Below, piece by piece: positions 14,907-29,110 of a stretch of 64,000 bases of DNA. The position numbers and the translations under genes were made by a program. Position 1 is the stretch's first letter; every line of letters starts with the position of its first letter. This DNA comes from Eledone cirrhosa (lineage: Eukaryota). The notes under the pieces are model-generated. The model saw nothing but the letters and a program-made list of their open reading frames with translations. It was not told where the DNA came from and ran no database searches. The DNA lies in the NCBI GenBank assembly GCA_964016885.1, contig OZ024747.1, forward strand, positions 76,570,001-76,634,000. Direction: 5' to 3'.

Positions 14907-14908
14907 CT

Positions 14909-14969
<61 letters not shown>

Positions 14970-15152
14970 TCGATAGATAGATAGATAAAAGAAATGTGAG
15001 AAATAGAAATAGAAAAATGAAGTAAGAAAAGAAAGTGAGAAGAATAATAGAGAGATATAGAGATGAATACAATGTAGAGAGATGGAGTGGGAGAGAATAG
15101 AGAGACAGAGAATATGACAGAGTGAGAGAGAGATTGAGAGAGCGAGAGGGAG

Positions 15153-15208
<56 letters not shown>

Positions 15209-15476
15209 GAAAAAGAAAAGAAATTGTTGTGAGATGCCATCGCAGTTGAGATGGAATCAATTGAATGTCTTTGGGGAACTTCTTTAGTTTTAAAGCCAGA
15301 GAATGTCTAATAGGACGAAAGAATGCGTTGCCAATGGAATGTGTTCTTTGGAGAATCTTTTGTAATGACTGACATGTCATTTATGATAAATTGATAAACT
15401 GACACTTTTATTGATTAATAGGTATTAATATATGTGTATATGTTGTCATGTCTATGTAGACGTGTGTTTATACGTA

Positions 15477-15547
<71 letters not shown>

Positions 15548-15594
15548 TACATATATACATATATATATATATATACATATATACATATATATAT

Positions 15595-16000
15595 AATTAA
15601 GTTAAAAATGTACATCCACATATGTATACTGAAATACTAGTATGCATATGAATACACACACGTATACATATGTAGATGTACCGAGTTTTTCACTGGTCAC
15701 TTTACTGTGAGTGTCCAGCTATTCTGTATGTAAACACACAGACAAACCGGTTTTTAGAGTCATACTGGTTTTTTAGGAAACACCTTTCCTCTATTCTCCA
15801 GAAAGCCAGACAAGGAATATTGAACTAGTTTCGATGTTGTTACATCTCATCAGCAATATTTACCTATCTTCCGGCCTCTCTAGAGAATCGTAAAAGCACA
15901 TATCGTTATATGCTTTTTCTATGAAAATTAGTAGTGGGCAGACTAATTTGCATACTAGTATTTCAGTATACATATGTGGATGTACATTTTTAACTTAATT
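15595..16000 (-). mobile_element. PLE-like remnant with perfect 52-bp terminal inverted copy and internal HHR
   Basis: 15595-15646 is the exact reverse complement of 15949-16000; left end abuts (TA)n. Confidence 0.75.
15816..15860 (-). ncRNA. Type I hammerhead ribozyme
   Basis: AATATTG-CTGATGA-GATGT aaca ACATC-GAAA-CTAG-TT-CAATATT: 7-bp stem I, 5-bp stem II, palindromic stem III, GUU triplet. Confidence 0.8.
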
Positions 16001-16261
16001 GTTTAAGCGTCAGTCATACAAAAGTGAGTTACAAACGAAACGAAATTTAATTTCGTTTCGTTATTTGTTTTTATCATATATATATATTTACATATATATA
16101 CACATATATATAATTATATATATATATATATACATATATATACATATATATATATTTATATATACATACATATATATATATTTATATATTTATATATATA
16201 TATTTATATACATACATACACGTATATATTTATATATATATATTTATATACATACATACAC

Positions 16262-16341
<80 letters not shown>

Positions 16342-16759
16342 GTAGAGAGAACAGATATGTTGAATATATATATTATTTAAATATATGTATGTGTCTTGAT
16401 TTCTCCACGTGACAGTCCAGTCAAAATGTTTATAAATTCATGTATAAAAGCTGAACACGTGGGAATTGCTGGTTTTATCATTTTTTTAAAATTCGTATGG
16501 CATAAATTTATATTTGTTTATAACCTCGTTTCAGTATTATGATAATGAGCTATTCAACGGATTGAGATTGTTGAATGAATAGGATTTAGATAATTTCTAA
16601 TGTAACTTACAATAAAATCCATATTAGTAATATGTAAATTAATATATGTAAATTTATGCAAAAATAAGATCAGGTAATAAAACCTTTATTTAATTCGATT
16701 GGTTTTACTTGAGTACATCACTATACATATTTGTTTCCTAACTATTATTTCTCGTTTTT

Positions 16760-18080
16760 CTTAGCAGCCGGCTTCGCTATCATCTTCGGAGGCTGAATCG
16801 TTGCAATACACAGTGGTATCTGCTCGTTGGTCAAAGTAATAGCCACATATATGAATTGTTTCCATATCACACTCTCTGATATTTCATGAAGAACCTATAA
16901 TTTCCATGGAGTTCATTTCTCTCTCATTGAAAACGTGAATGAGCTCAAAACATATTTGCTAAAATCCTGGGTATCAATGTCACTTAGGACTTCAGGCGCT
17001 TGATATACTTCCAGAATTACTGTGATGTATCATATACCATGTGCTATAACAGTCTCTAAGTGTCTTTAGTAGAGTGACATATCTCATCATATTGGAATTG
17101 AAAACTCTCTTCCCTCATTATATTTAGCAACCGGTGCAATAATAACTGGAACGATGACAGCAATAGTTGTTATTTCTTTGGAAGCGCAATCCTGTCCTTT
17201 GTAAATATATTTGACACTTTTATTTGACACTTTTCGAGGTTGAAAATATTTTGATAACACTTATAGTTGAGCCTGGCCTAGTGGTAAGGGTATTGAATTT
17301 ACGATCATTCCTTGACTGGGTCATCAAGCACCCATGAGCAAAACACTTAATTTCATGTTGCTCCAGCATACTCAGCTGAATATAAGTACCAGTAGTAGCT
17401 GGGGATTTCATCTGCGATGGACTGGCGTCATGTCCAGGAATAAGTCTTGTACTCTCAGTCGCTTAACGCCATGAAAACCGGGACAAGCACCAGCCTGACG
17501 TGCCTCTGGACTCGAGACAGATTTCAGACTTAGACGATGTTACACGACACTACACAACGACATTGTCCTCTAACTCTACCTTGCCGCTGGCATTGAAGAT
17601 GTCCTTTTATATTTAAAAAAATATTTTTTCTTAGAACTCTTCGGGGATTTACTTTTGACATGATCCATTTTTTCCCATTCAATGAAAGTGAAAGAACGTC
17701 AACGCTACTGGAATTCATTTTATCACAAATACAAGCAGCTTCCTATCTTCATATTCATGTTGAATGTTGGCTGAGATTAATCTGTCAATATCATCTTAGT
17801 TCCTTGTTTTATCTTCGTGTCGGAACGTAATTAGCATATATCAATGAAGAAAACGAGGTTTAAGTAATTCTATTACATGTACGGTCACAAATGGGTTTCC
17901 AAAGGCATGCCGCTTCTTTAAATCATTCAATAACTCGTTAAGTCTGGCAGATTTTCTAAAGTGTGATGCCTTTATTTGATTGTTTACAATTTTCAAGGCA
18001 TTTTGAATTGCTGGTTAGGCTTGCCGTGCTCCGTAAGTATTGCCAATGGATCTTGAGTATATATGTGATGTTACGTCAAT
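16760..18080 (-). mobile_element. Degenerate Helitron Rep (HUH/Y2) remnant interrupted by a SINE
   Basis: 17909-17715 translates HAFGNPFVTVHVIELLKPRFLH*YMLITFRHEDKTRN*DDIDRLISANIQ, resembling Helitron VIEFQKRGLPHxH...DIDxIISAEIP; 17212-17183 translates KYIYKGQDCA, resembling KYxYKGHD. Confidence 0.75.
17270..17530 (+). mobile_element. CORE-like SINE with tail shared with 59100-59350
   Basis: tggcctagtggtaaggg head; gagcaaaacacttaatttcatgttgctccag; tail gatggactggcgtcatgtccagg...ctcagtcgcttaacgcca. Confidence 0.75.
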
Positions 18081-19213
18081 TCCCAATGAATGAAGAAAGA
18101 ATTATAACTGATGCTTCCTTCCGGTAATTTCTCACCAAAAGGTGAGCCACCAGCTGTTATTGGTCGGGATATTCGTCTTAAAATGAGTACCAGCAGTAGC
18201 TGGGAATTTAACCCCACGATGGACTGGCGTCCTGTCCATGGTGGTATCTTGGGCTGTTAGTCTCTACCGGCCAGGGAAACCGCGATACATACTTAGACTT
18301 AGAATATGTTATATTTGTTAATGTGTTATTGTGTCAGCATTTTAAAAAACCCTTGAAAATTAAATCACACATATTTCTTTACCACGTTTGGCTACATTTC
18401 CATGCAAGTAATTCAACATGAACACCCAGATTTCACAAAGAAGAAGTATTTGTTTGCGATAGAGTTAAATGACTTTTTTTTTGTTGTGTTTTTCTTTGCT
18501 TTCCTGCTGACTTAACAACATATTAATTTTCCCAGTGACATATTGGTTTTTCTATTAATATGGCAAAACAAAAATTAAATTGCATCTGCATTTAATATAT
18601 AGGCAAGAACTTATCCGAAATAATATGATTATATTATCAGCAGATGTTTTTGTTGTTTTTTTCTAATATAGTCTGTGGGACCTCTGTCTGTTCGACAAAG
18701 AGTGTTCTAGTTGTTTGACACAACAAGGCTCTTGTTTTCTGTGTGTGTGTGTTCCTCTTACCCTCCTCACCGTACCACGGTCTGGTGGGGGTGACCGATT
18801 TAGTCACCGAACATTCGATTAGGAATAAGGTTTTTCTGGGTTACATGGAACCTGTAGCAGGCAGAAGCTTGACCTGACATTACGCTATAATTAAGATCGA
18901 AAAGCACAAGGGAGGTATTACATTTAAACATAAAGGAACTTTACTAAATGACACAACTTCCTATCTCCATCACTCTTTATATTTCGGCCATTCACCGCAT
19001 TTCAGTGATTCTTACTCAATACAAAGAATTTAAAATTAAATCATCCAGATTCGAACCAGCAAGGTATCAAACAACTTAATGAGGCTGAGAAATCCGGCAC
19101 ACGATTGATTATTTGTTCAAACCTTAATAAACAGATTTATTCGTTCACAGAGGAAAAACGAAATTGATTCATCTTGCATGACATTAAATCACACTTGTGT
19201 TTATTTCTGATTT

Positions 19214-19214
<1 letters not shown>

Positions 19215-19273
<59 letters not shown>

Positions 19274-19292
19274 TCTCTCTCTCTCTCTCCCC

Positions 19293-19368
<76 letters not shown>

Positions 19369-19530
19369 TCCCCTTTCTCTCTTTCTAGTTTTTCCAATAT
19401 TTACTTCTCTCTCTCTCTCTCTCTCTCACACTATTTACTTCTCTCTCTCTCTCTCTCTCACTCTCTCCTTCTCTCTCTCCTTCTCTCTCTCCTTCTCTCT
19501 CTCCTTCTCTCTCTCTCTCTCTCTTTCTAG
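19215..19530. repeat. (CT)n and (TA)n microsatellites
   Basis: Seen directly. Confidence 0.95.
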
Positions 19531-20132
19531 TTTTTTCCAGTATTTACTTGTCTCTCACTCTCGTTCTCTCGTCTTCTTCCTTCCTCTTTTTCTCCACCTT
19601 TCCTTCTTCCTTTCCTCTCCTAGATTTGGTAGGCAGCGGCCATACTTTTTTATGTCCCACCAATCACATTCCTCAGGCGAAAGTCTAAGTGTTTCCATCT
19701 TACCAGTGTTAGCACATTTCTTCAAATCATATTTATCAGTCACAAATGTGTTTGTTTCTAGTCGTCATATTGTTAGAGTAAAGTTACTGGATAATGTCGC
19801 ACTTGAGGATCTAGCTGCATATATTTGAAACGGTGGCTTGTGAAAGGAAGGCTTGTCTGAGTATTATGGCCACCACTACCGTCAAATGAATGAGAGAACA
19901 AAGAAGAAGAAGAAGAAGAAGAAGAAGATGATTATCTAGTTACTATATATTTATAGAGGTGTTCATAAAATCCCTTTTATTTTCGCTAAGACTTCCAAAG
20001 TTATTCCAGCCAGATCAACAGATCAGCAGTTCAATACCATCTCAGATTATTTCTACAAATTGTTTTAGTTTCCTTTCTTTAAGTTTACAGGAGACAGCGT
20101 CTTCATTGTCACATTGTTTTGGATGTTGCTAT

Positions 20133-20720
20133 TCTTCTTCTTCTTCTTCTTCTTCTTCTTCTTCTTCTTCTTCTTCTTCTTCTTCTTCTTCTTCTTCTTC
20201 TTCTTCTTCTTCTTCTTGGTGGTGTTGCTGGTGGTGTTGATGGTGGTGGTGATGTGGGGGGGTATTGGAGGTGGTGGTGGTAGTAGTGGTAGTAGTGGTA
20301 GTGATGGTAGTGGAGGTGGTGGTGGTGGAGTTGGTGGTGGTGGTGGTGGTGGTGGTGGTGATGGTGATGGTTGTAATGGTGGTGGTGGTGGTGGTAGAAG
20401 TTGTAGTAGTGGTGGTGATGGTGGTGGTAGCGTTGTTGTTGCTTTTGCTGTGACATTTTATTGGTTTGTTTATTATTCTATTTTGTTTTCTATTTTATTT
20501 TATTAATTTATTTTAGTGTTATTTATTATTATTTTTTAAATTATTATTTGTTTCTGTTAGGTCATTAGTCTGCAGCAATAATTAGTTTCGTTCTGATGAA
20601 ATTTCAAACGAAACAGTAAAAAAAAAATAAATATATATATATAAATTAAAAAATAATAATAAGATGTACGAAAGACAAAGACAGAAAAATAACGATAACA
20701 ACAACAATGACAACAATAAT

Positions 20721-20751
<31 letters not shown>

Positions 20752-21300
20752 ACAACAACAGCGACAACAAGAGCGACAACAACAATGACAACAATGACAA
20801 CAACGACAACAATAATAACAGCAACAACAATAATGTCAACAATAATGACAACAAAATCAATTGTTATAACAACATTAATAACAATAATAACAATGATAAA
20901 AATACAAAGAATAAAGTATACACAAACAACAGCAATAACAACAACAACAACTACTACTGCTATCACTACTACTACAACAATGGCAACAACAACAGCAACA
21001 ACATTGAAAATACAAAGAAAGTAAGAACAATAAACTATACACAAACAATAACAAAAGCAACAATGAACTATATACAAACAACAACAATAACAATGACAGC
21101 AACAACAAACTATACAAAGACAACAACATCGACAGCAACAACAACACCAACAACAATAGCAACAACAAGAATGACAACTAGAACAACAACAATAGCAAAA
21201 ACAACACCAACAACAATAGCAGCAACAAGAATGACAACTAGAACAACAACAACAGCAACAACGACAACAACAACATTGACAGTGACAAAGAAAGTAAAAA
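20133..21300. repeat. (CTT)n, (GGT)n and degenerate (AAC)n microsatellites
   Basis: Seen directly. Confidence 0.9.
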
Positions 21301-21518
21301 CCATAAGCTATACAAAAACCATAAAAGACAATAAAAGACCATAAGAGACAAGAAAAAGGCAATGTAGAAGAGACATTATAGAGACAGGCGACAATAAACG
21401 ACTCAACAAAAAGTTACATTTCTTATCGATAACAATTTTTCACATTATGTCTGGCAGATGATTTTTATTGGCAAATTAAACATAATACTAATAATAACAA
21501 CAGACTCACTCATAGTCA

Positions 21519-21578
<60 letters not shown>

Positions 21579-21817
21579 TATATGTATGTATATATATATA
21601 TATATATATATATTGGTAAATATATATATATATATTGGTAACTTGTGTGTTACACCTCTATTCTTTTAACTATATATATATATATACATACATACATAAC
21701 ATATATATAAACTATGTATATATATATATATATATATACATACATACATAACATATATATAAACTATGTATATATATATATATTTATATACATATGGGTG
21801 TGTGGGCGGGTGTATAT

Positions 21818-21874
<57 letters not shown>

Positions 21875-22112
21875 TATCGATATATGCAAATATTTACATA
21901 CATTCTCACACATACACTTACACACATATACATATATATGTTAATGTATATACACATACATTTATATACAAATTATTTCACACACACACACATCTACACA
22001 TCTACACACATATATCTACACATCTACACATCTATACATATGCTCAATTATAAGTACCTACAAAAAAATTTAGAATGTTTGACAGGAGAGGACCAGATAC
22101 GACGTGTCTTAT

Positions 22113-24010
22113 AGATGATGATGATGATGGTGGTGGTGGTGATGCTGGTGGTGATGGTGGTGATGATGATGGTGGTGGTGGTGGTGATAGGCGTGGTGAT
22201 GGTAGTGGTGATGGTGGTGGTGGTGATGGTGGTGGTGGTGGTGATAGGGGTGGTGGTGGTGGTGGTGGTGATAGGGGTGGTGATGGTGGTGGTGATAGGG
22301 TTGGTGATGGTGGTGGTGATGGTGGTGGTGATGGTGGTGATAGGGGTGGTGATAGGGGTGGTGATGGTGGTGGTGATGGTGGTGGTGATGATGCTGGTGA
22401 TGATGGTGGTGATGATGATGGTGGCGGTGGTGGTGGTGATAGTGGTGGTGATGGTGATGGTGGTGGTGGTGGTGGTGGTGATGATGATGATGGTGATGAT
22501 AGTGAGTGGAGGTGGTGGTTGACAGTGGTAGGTGGTGGTGGTGGATAGTGAGTGTATGTGGTGGTTGACAGTGGTAGGTGGTGGTGGTGGTGGTGTTGGG
22601 TAGTGAGTGGAGGTGGTGGTTGACAGTGGTAGGTGGTGGTGGTGCGTAGTGAGTGGATGTGGTGGTTGACAGTGGTAGGTGGTGGTGGTGGTGGTGTTGG
22701 GTAGTGAGTGGAGGTGGTGGTTGACAGTGGTAGGTGGTGGTGGTGCGTAGTGAGTGGATGTGGTGGTTGACAGTGGTAGGTGGTGGTGGTGGTGGTGTTG
22801 GGTAGTGAGTGGAGGTGGTGGTTGACAGTGGTAGGTGGTGTGGTGGTGGTGGTGGTGGTGGTGTTGGGTTGTGAGTGGATGTGGTGGTTGACAGTGGTAG
22901 GTGGTGGTGGTGTTGGGTAGTGAGTGGAGGTGGTGGTTGACAGTGGTAGGTGGTGGTGGTCGTGATGGTGGTGGTGTTGGGTTGTGAGTGGAGGTGGTGG
23001 TTGACAGTGGTAGTTGGTGGTGGTGTTGGGTTGTGAGTGGAGGTGGTGGTTGACAGTGGTAGGTGGTGGTGGTGTTGGGTAGTGAGTGGAGGTGGTGGTT
23101 GACAGTGGTAGGTGGTGGTGGTGTTGGGTAGTGAGTGGAGGTGGTGGTTGACAGTGGTATGTGGTGGTGGTGGTGGTGTTGGGTAGTGAGTGGAGGTGGT
23201 GGTTGACAGTGGTAGGTGGTGATGGTGGTGGGTTGTGAGTGAAGGTGGTGGTTGACAGTGGTAGGTGGTGGTGGTGTTGGGTAGTGAGTGAAGGTGGTGG
23301 TTGACTGTGGTAGTTGGTGGTGGTGGTGGGTAGTGAGTGAAGGTGGTGGTTGACAGTGGTAGGTGGTGGTGGTGGTGGTGTTGGGTAGTGAGTGGAGGTG
23401 GTGGTTGACAGTGGTAGGTAGTGGTGTTGGGTAGTGAGTGGAGGTGGTGGTTGACAGTGGTAGTTGTTGTTGGTGGTGGTGGTGGTGGTGGTGGGTAGTG
23501 AGTGGAGGTGGTGGTTGACAGTGGTAGTTGTTGTTGGTGGTGGTGGTGGTGGTGGTGGTGGTGGTGGTGGTGGTGGGTAGTGAGTGGAGGTGGTGGTTGA
23601 CAGTAGGTGGTGGTAGTGGTGGTGGGTAGTGAGTGAAGGTGGTGGTTGACAGTGGTAGGTGGTGGTTGACAGTGGTAGGTGGTGGTGGTGGTGGGTAGTG
23701 AGTGGAGGTGGTGGTTGACAGTGGTAGGTGGTGGTGGTGGTGGGTAGTGAGTGGAGGTGGTGGTTGACTGTGGTAGGTGGTGGTGGTGGGTAGTGAGTGG
23801 AAGTGGTGGTTGACAGTGGTAGGTGGTGGTGGTGGTGGGTAGTGAGTGAAGGTGGTGGTTGACAGTGGTAGGTGGTGGTGGGTTGTGAGTGGAGGTGGTG
23901 GTTGACAGTGGTAGGTGGTGGTGATGGTGGGTATTGACTGAAGGTGGTGGTTGGTGTGGGTGTAGGGGTGACTGAAGGTGGTGGTTGACAGTGATGGGTG
24001 GTGGTGGGTG
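22113..24010. repeat. (GGT/GAT)n microsatellite grading into a 45-70 bp G-rich minisatellite
   Basis: Roughly 30 units of gggtagtgagtggaggtggtggttgacagtggta(ggt)n from about 22500. Confidence 0.9.
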
Positions 24011-24397
24011 GTGACAGAAGATGGCAGCTGACAGTGATGTGGAGGAGGACTGAAGAAGGCGGTTGAGGAAAGTGACTGGAAGGTGGAAGTCTGACTGAAA
24101 TAGTATTGTTAGAAGTGATGTGATGAGGACAACAACAAACAAACAAAAAAGAGGTTACAAAAAAGATAATTAAGAATGGAGTTGTGAAGTTGTTAGTTCA
24201 GTTTAATGATGAAAGACGTCTTACTAAATAAATGACATGATGTATTGACTTTATCGTTGACCTCAAATAGAAACTTTCCAGCAGGACGGAAATTCATTAA
24301 AATTACTTGACACATTTTCTTTAGAATTCCTCATTGAATAAATTTGTTCTTACTTAAACTGTAAAAGAATGTAATAGTTTGTGTTGTTAGTGTTATA

Positions 24398-24456
<59 letters not shown>

Positions 24457-24458
24457 GC

Positions 24459-24489
<31 letters not shown>

Positions 24490-24502
24490 GCTGTGGTTTT
24501 GC

Positions 24503-24551
<49 letters not shown>

Positions 24552-24775
24552 GAGGGTTGTTGTTGTTGTGTTATTGTGGGTGTTGTTATTGTTGTCGTCG
24601 ACGTTGTTCTATTGTGGTTTTATCGTTTTGTTGTTGTTTTCGTCATCGTTGTTGTTGCTGTTGTTGCAGTTTCGTTGTTGTTGTTATTATTATTGTCGTT
24701 TTATTTTTGTTGCTGTTGTTTTCGTCATCGTTGTTGTCGTCGTCATTGTTGCCGTTGTTGTTGTTGTTGTTGTCG
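24398..24775. repeat. (GTT)n microsatellite
   Basis: Seen directly. Confidence 0.95.
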
Positions 24776-26027
24776 GAGTTAAATTGGTGGATGGCAAGAA
24801 TCGTTAGAACTTGATACAAAAATATCTTTCAGTCAGTATTTGCTTAAGATTCAATAAAATCTTCATTCAGATCCCACCGAGGGTCAACTTCTCCGTTCAT
24901 GGATCAAAGTTCGACGAAATGAAGTGATAAAGTATCCTACGGTGGAGAATTGGGTTGAATTGTTTCAGAATGAGACCAAATGCCTTGCAGTATTTATACT
25001 CTTAATTCAAATCCGAGCGAGGTCAATTTTTTTTTTTTTTTTTTACGATATAAACTTTTTATTAAAATTAATTGAAATAAATTATAAAAATATTCAATAC
25101 ACAAAATCTCACAATGTTATAAACAACCACTGATATTATAGAAATAATTTAGAAGTATGTAATAAAACAAAACTCTATTAAAGGGGACAGAAAAGGAAGT
25201 AACAACAAAAAGGAAATAAAAAGAAGAAAAAGAACAAAGGTATCAATCAACGAAAGAAAGGAAGAGGGGAAGGGAGAGACATTACATCTTTTCATTGATG
25301 AAATAATTTGTGCAAGGTGAGATGCTGGTGTAATTTTTAAAGTGCTTTAAGAAAATGCCTTGTGGTATTTATTCTGGATCTTATCCAACCGAGGGCAACT
25401 GTGCTTCCCATTGATCCGGGGGTCTATGAAATATATTACCAACGAGAGGCTATTGGGTGTGGATTCATGAAATTATTAAAATGTTGAACAAGATATCATG
25501 CGATATTTGTTCCGGCTCTTTTGGTATTGTTTGATACGACTTTTTTGTTGCACACATTTCTCATGGGTATATTTTAAGAAGGTTCAAGGCTACTTCGAGT
25601 TTACTGTAAGGTAACGAACGGTTAGGTGTCGGGAATGATGGATGTTTGGGATCTCAATTTAAGTAGTATGGTGGATCGGTCTCGGTGGTAGGTTTAATTA
25701 TAAATAGCTGGGATACATGGGTTTGTAAAGGTACCTCATAGCAGACCTGGTGCCTTATACCTGATTTCGGCTTTCTTTTCCTCGTGTATACCAGGCTTAG
25801 TTCCACGCTGGGTTTGATTTTCTGGGCCTGTTTAATTACAAATTTAGGCTATTGAAAGTTATAATTACATACATACATACATACAAACATACATGCATAC
25901 ACACATACATACATACATACATACATACATACATACATACATACATACATACATACATACATACATACATACATACATACATACATACAAACAAACATAC
26001 ATAAATACATACATTCATACATACATA

Positions 26028-26721
26028 TATATCTGCTGCACAAAAGAGGAGGGCGATCAGCTGACAATAAATGTAGGCTATGTAAAACAAAGATCGAAGT
26101 TGTAAGCCACATTGTTGCCAACTGCGAAAGAATGTCATCTCGCTACTACCTCCCCCTGGGACACGGTGGGATAGCTAGAACCATCTGGAATGCACATCGG
26201 AAAACAAAATTAAAAACAAACGAGGAAGAATATATTGAGACAGATGGCACTAAAGAATACTGGTGGAACCTGAAAATAAAAACTGCCACCAAATTAAAGC
26301 ACAACCGGCCTGATATTGTTATTTGGGACCACACATTGAAAACGTGTTCTGTTGTAGAGATCAGCCGCCCACTTGATGTAAACGTTATCAGAAAATTACA
26401 GGAGAAGGAGGACATCTACTGACTATTGATGAAGAGTTTACAAATCCAGTATCCAAGATAGTCCTTTAGCTTCATACCCATCATTATTTGAGCTACGGGT
26501 TATATACCAACCCTCTTGGACCAATGAATAACTGAACTTGGTTTTGCGGACAAAGAGTGCAGCTCCCTAATTCATAGTCTACAAATGGCTGCGATAGCTG
26601 GCACCTTCAAAGTTTGCAAAACATTCTTGCGATTCAAGGGATGACAATTTCTTTTCTTTTACAACCTTGCCACCAGGAAGGTGGCCGGTCAAAATATACT
26701 CGAAATTAAGAGAAAGAGAGA
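26028..26721 (+). mobile_element. R4/Dong-type LINE family A, 5'-truncated copy (zinc knuckle, RLE endonuclease, 3' UTR) with stop codons
   Basis: Near-identical to 31616-32312; RYYLP, HNRPDIVIWD, VVEIS and EKEDIY motifs; (TACA)n on both sides. Confidence 0.92.
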
Positions 26722-26754
26722 CACATACATACATACATACATACATACATACAT

Positions 26755-27314
26755 GGTGGCTGCCAACTCGTTTTCGAGTACGGCCACTACTTTACATCCA
26801 TGTAGGATAACCCCTACCGAAGCGCTGAACGAGTGTGACTTTTTAGTCCAGCCAGCGACTTGAAACCTCTGGTACAAACACTACACCTGTGACAATCATT
26901 GACACATAGTGCTAGGCCCATGGTAGGACAATTATTGACACATAGTGCTGGGCCCATGTGAGGACAAGTGCAGAGAGATCTCCAGATATAAAGCAATGCC
27001 TGTGCCGTGAAGCTTTTATAGTGAGCAAAGGCACTGCACAAAGCCAGTCCCACTCTCTTAACCAAGATGCTATTTACCAAAAAGAAGAACAAGTCAACAT
27101 CATTGGATACCATCAGGGTTGCAGGTGTTATATCAGAGTTTTCCTTCTCCTAGAATTCTGCCTTGACTAAGGCTAAAGGGGTCATCTCTCCCGGTGATTT
27201 TGGATGGCCATTGACTCTTAAGAGCTCCTTTGCCCTTTGACAGGTTTTGTTTTTAGTCCTGCAGGATGTCCAAAGTCACCCTCCTCACCAAGAAACCTTG
27301 GTGAGGAGGGTGAC
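26755..27314 (-). mobile_element. Non-autonomous bipartite RTE derivative, copy a
   Basis: Near-identical to 50890-51406; encodes terminal C2H2-like CSVCTRGFKSLAGLKSHTRS; lies within (TACA)n. Confidence 0.8.
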
Positions 27315-28784
27315 ATACATACATACATACATACATACATACATACATACACACGTACATACATACATACATACATACATACATACATACATACATACAT
27401 ACATACACACGTACATACATACATACATACATACATACATACATACATACATACATACATACATACATACATACATACATACATACATTAAGAAGGCGAA
27501 TTCATCATAGTGTGTAAATATTCTTATATGGTAGCCTAGTTTCAAGGGTGCTGCCTAATGCCATCAGAAATATACAGATTAGGATGCGAGTAAAACTCAG
27601 ATAAACCTTGACCCCAACAGTATGAAAAAATAACAAAGGTAATCAAAATGAAAAGCACATAAAGCTCTCGTGAAAACTATTGAAAAGATTTATCGCAGTG
27701 AAAACGTTAGAATGAGACTCCTTAATGTGTACATGATAAAATATTCTGCCTTGTGTGAGATATATTAAGAATATCAACCGCTTCTTAATTATCGACAAAA
27801 CATTCTGAACCCTGCTTTTACAATCCTAAAAATTGCCTTTTTGGAAAGGCTGACGGAAACATCAACGTGAGTCGAGTGAAATCTATTTGGATATCTTTAA
27901 AGAAAGAAATTTAGAGGTTGACGAAAATCGAGAGAGGTGAAGTGAAAATTGATGTGGCTTAATGGGATGAGAGATAACAAGTCTTAATATATATAATACC
28001 GTATATAATACTGTATATAATACCGTATGAGATAATGGTTTATAGCTTAAGGAAGATTCCATAACTGACTGTAATATTTGTTGATAAAGCATATTCGAAT
28101 AAACGAACTAGAATCATAGCAGAAATCACGAAATTAACTACAGAAATAAAGATGGTTAGGTGGGAACTATCAAAAGACAGAAGGTTCATGATCCAGTGAT
28201 AATTGTAATTGTATCAAAATTTCTCGCATTACTACTCATAACTTGTAAGACAATTCCATGAGATTCAAAAGAAATTCTACGATCATTTGTAACTTAATCA
28301 TGTTTTGTAGCAATGTAAAAAGAATGTAAATACCACAACGCATTTATTGAAAACTGTATTCCCCTGTGAATGATATAACTCCTATGGATTCACTCGACTT
28401 GCTACAATTAACACCTAAATCGCTGAAATGACACCGCTTTATCTTTAAAGTTTAAATAAATTATTAGAAAATGTAGTCCTAGATATAATTAAAACAATGA
28501 TACTGTCAAAGCTGAAATTACTTAGATCATAAGTTAGTGCTCAATCAGTTCTGACCACGGATTAAAGAACAACAACGGAAAAAAACACAAACACGTTTTT
28601 TCCAAAAATATAACAAATATTAATAAAGAAAGCGAAACTCATTGAAGAAACACCTATCACAGTTTTAAACAGTAACATGAAAGATGTTGTAGAAGTATCT
28701 GTTAAGGGTGTTCATCTACATTCAGTGTGGAAACACTGAAGCAAGTACGAATCTACTTGGAGGGGAATTGGAGAAATGTATTTG

Positions 28785-29110
28785 GTATGGTATGGTCCCG
28801 AATCTCTCGAGGGAGTAATAGAGCGGAGTATTAGGACATTTTTAGACCTGATGGAGCCCATCTCCGCTCCAAGCCTGAGTACAGCAGATTTATTTCAAAG
28901 AAAGATAAAGATTGAGGGAAAGAAAGTGAGAAAGTGATATAGAGAAAGAATGAAATCTATTACTAGTCTGCTATTTTTTTTATCGACTTCCAATGGATGA
29001 AGGCCAAAATTGACCTCGACGGGATTTGAACTCAGAGAGCAGAGAGATGGAACGAATACCGTCAATCAATCTATTCGACGTTCTAAGGATTCTGACAATT
29101 CGCTGCCTGC
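28785..29110 (-). mobile_element. SINE family B
   Basis: Homologous to 12075-12415; sense end cgggaccataccatacc. Confidence 0.7.

Noticed and set aside
20590-20620. CTGATGA...GAAACAGTA hammerhead-like string
   Set aside because: No stem II, negligible stem I, and no PLE-like context
22044-24146. 700-aa and 677-aa Pro/His/Thr-rich ORFs
   Set aside because: Translations of the G-rich minisatellite, open in several frames, with no domain content
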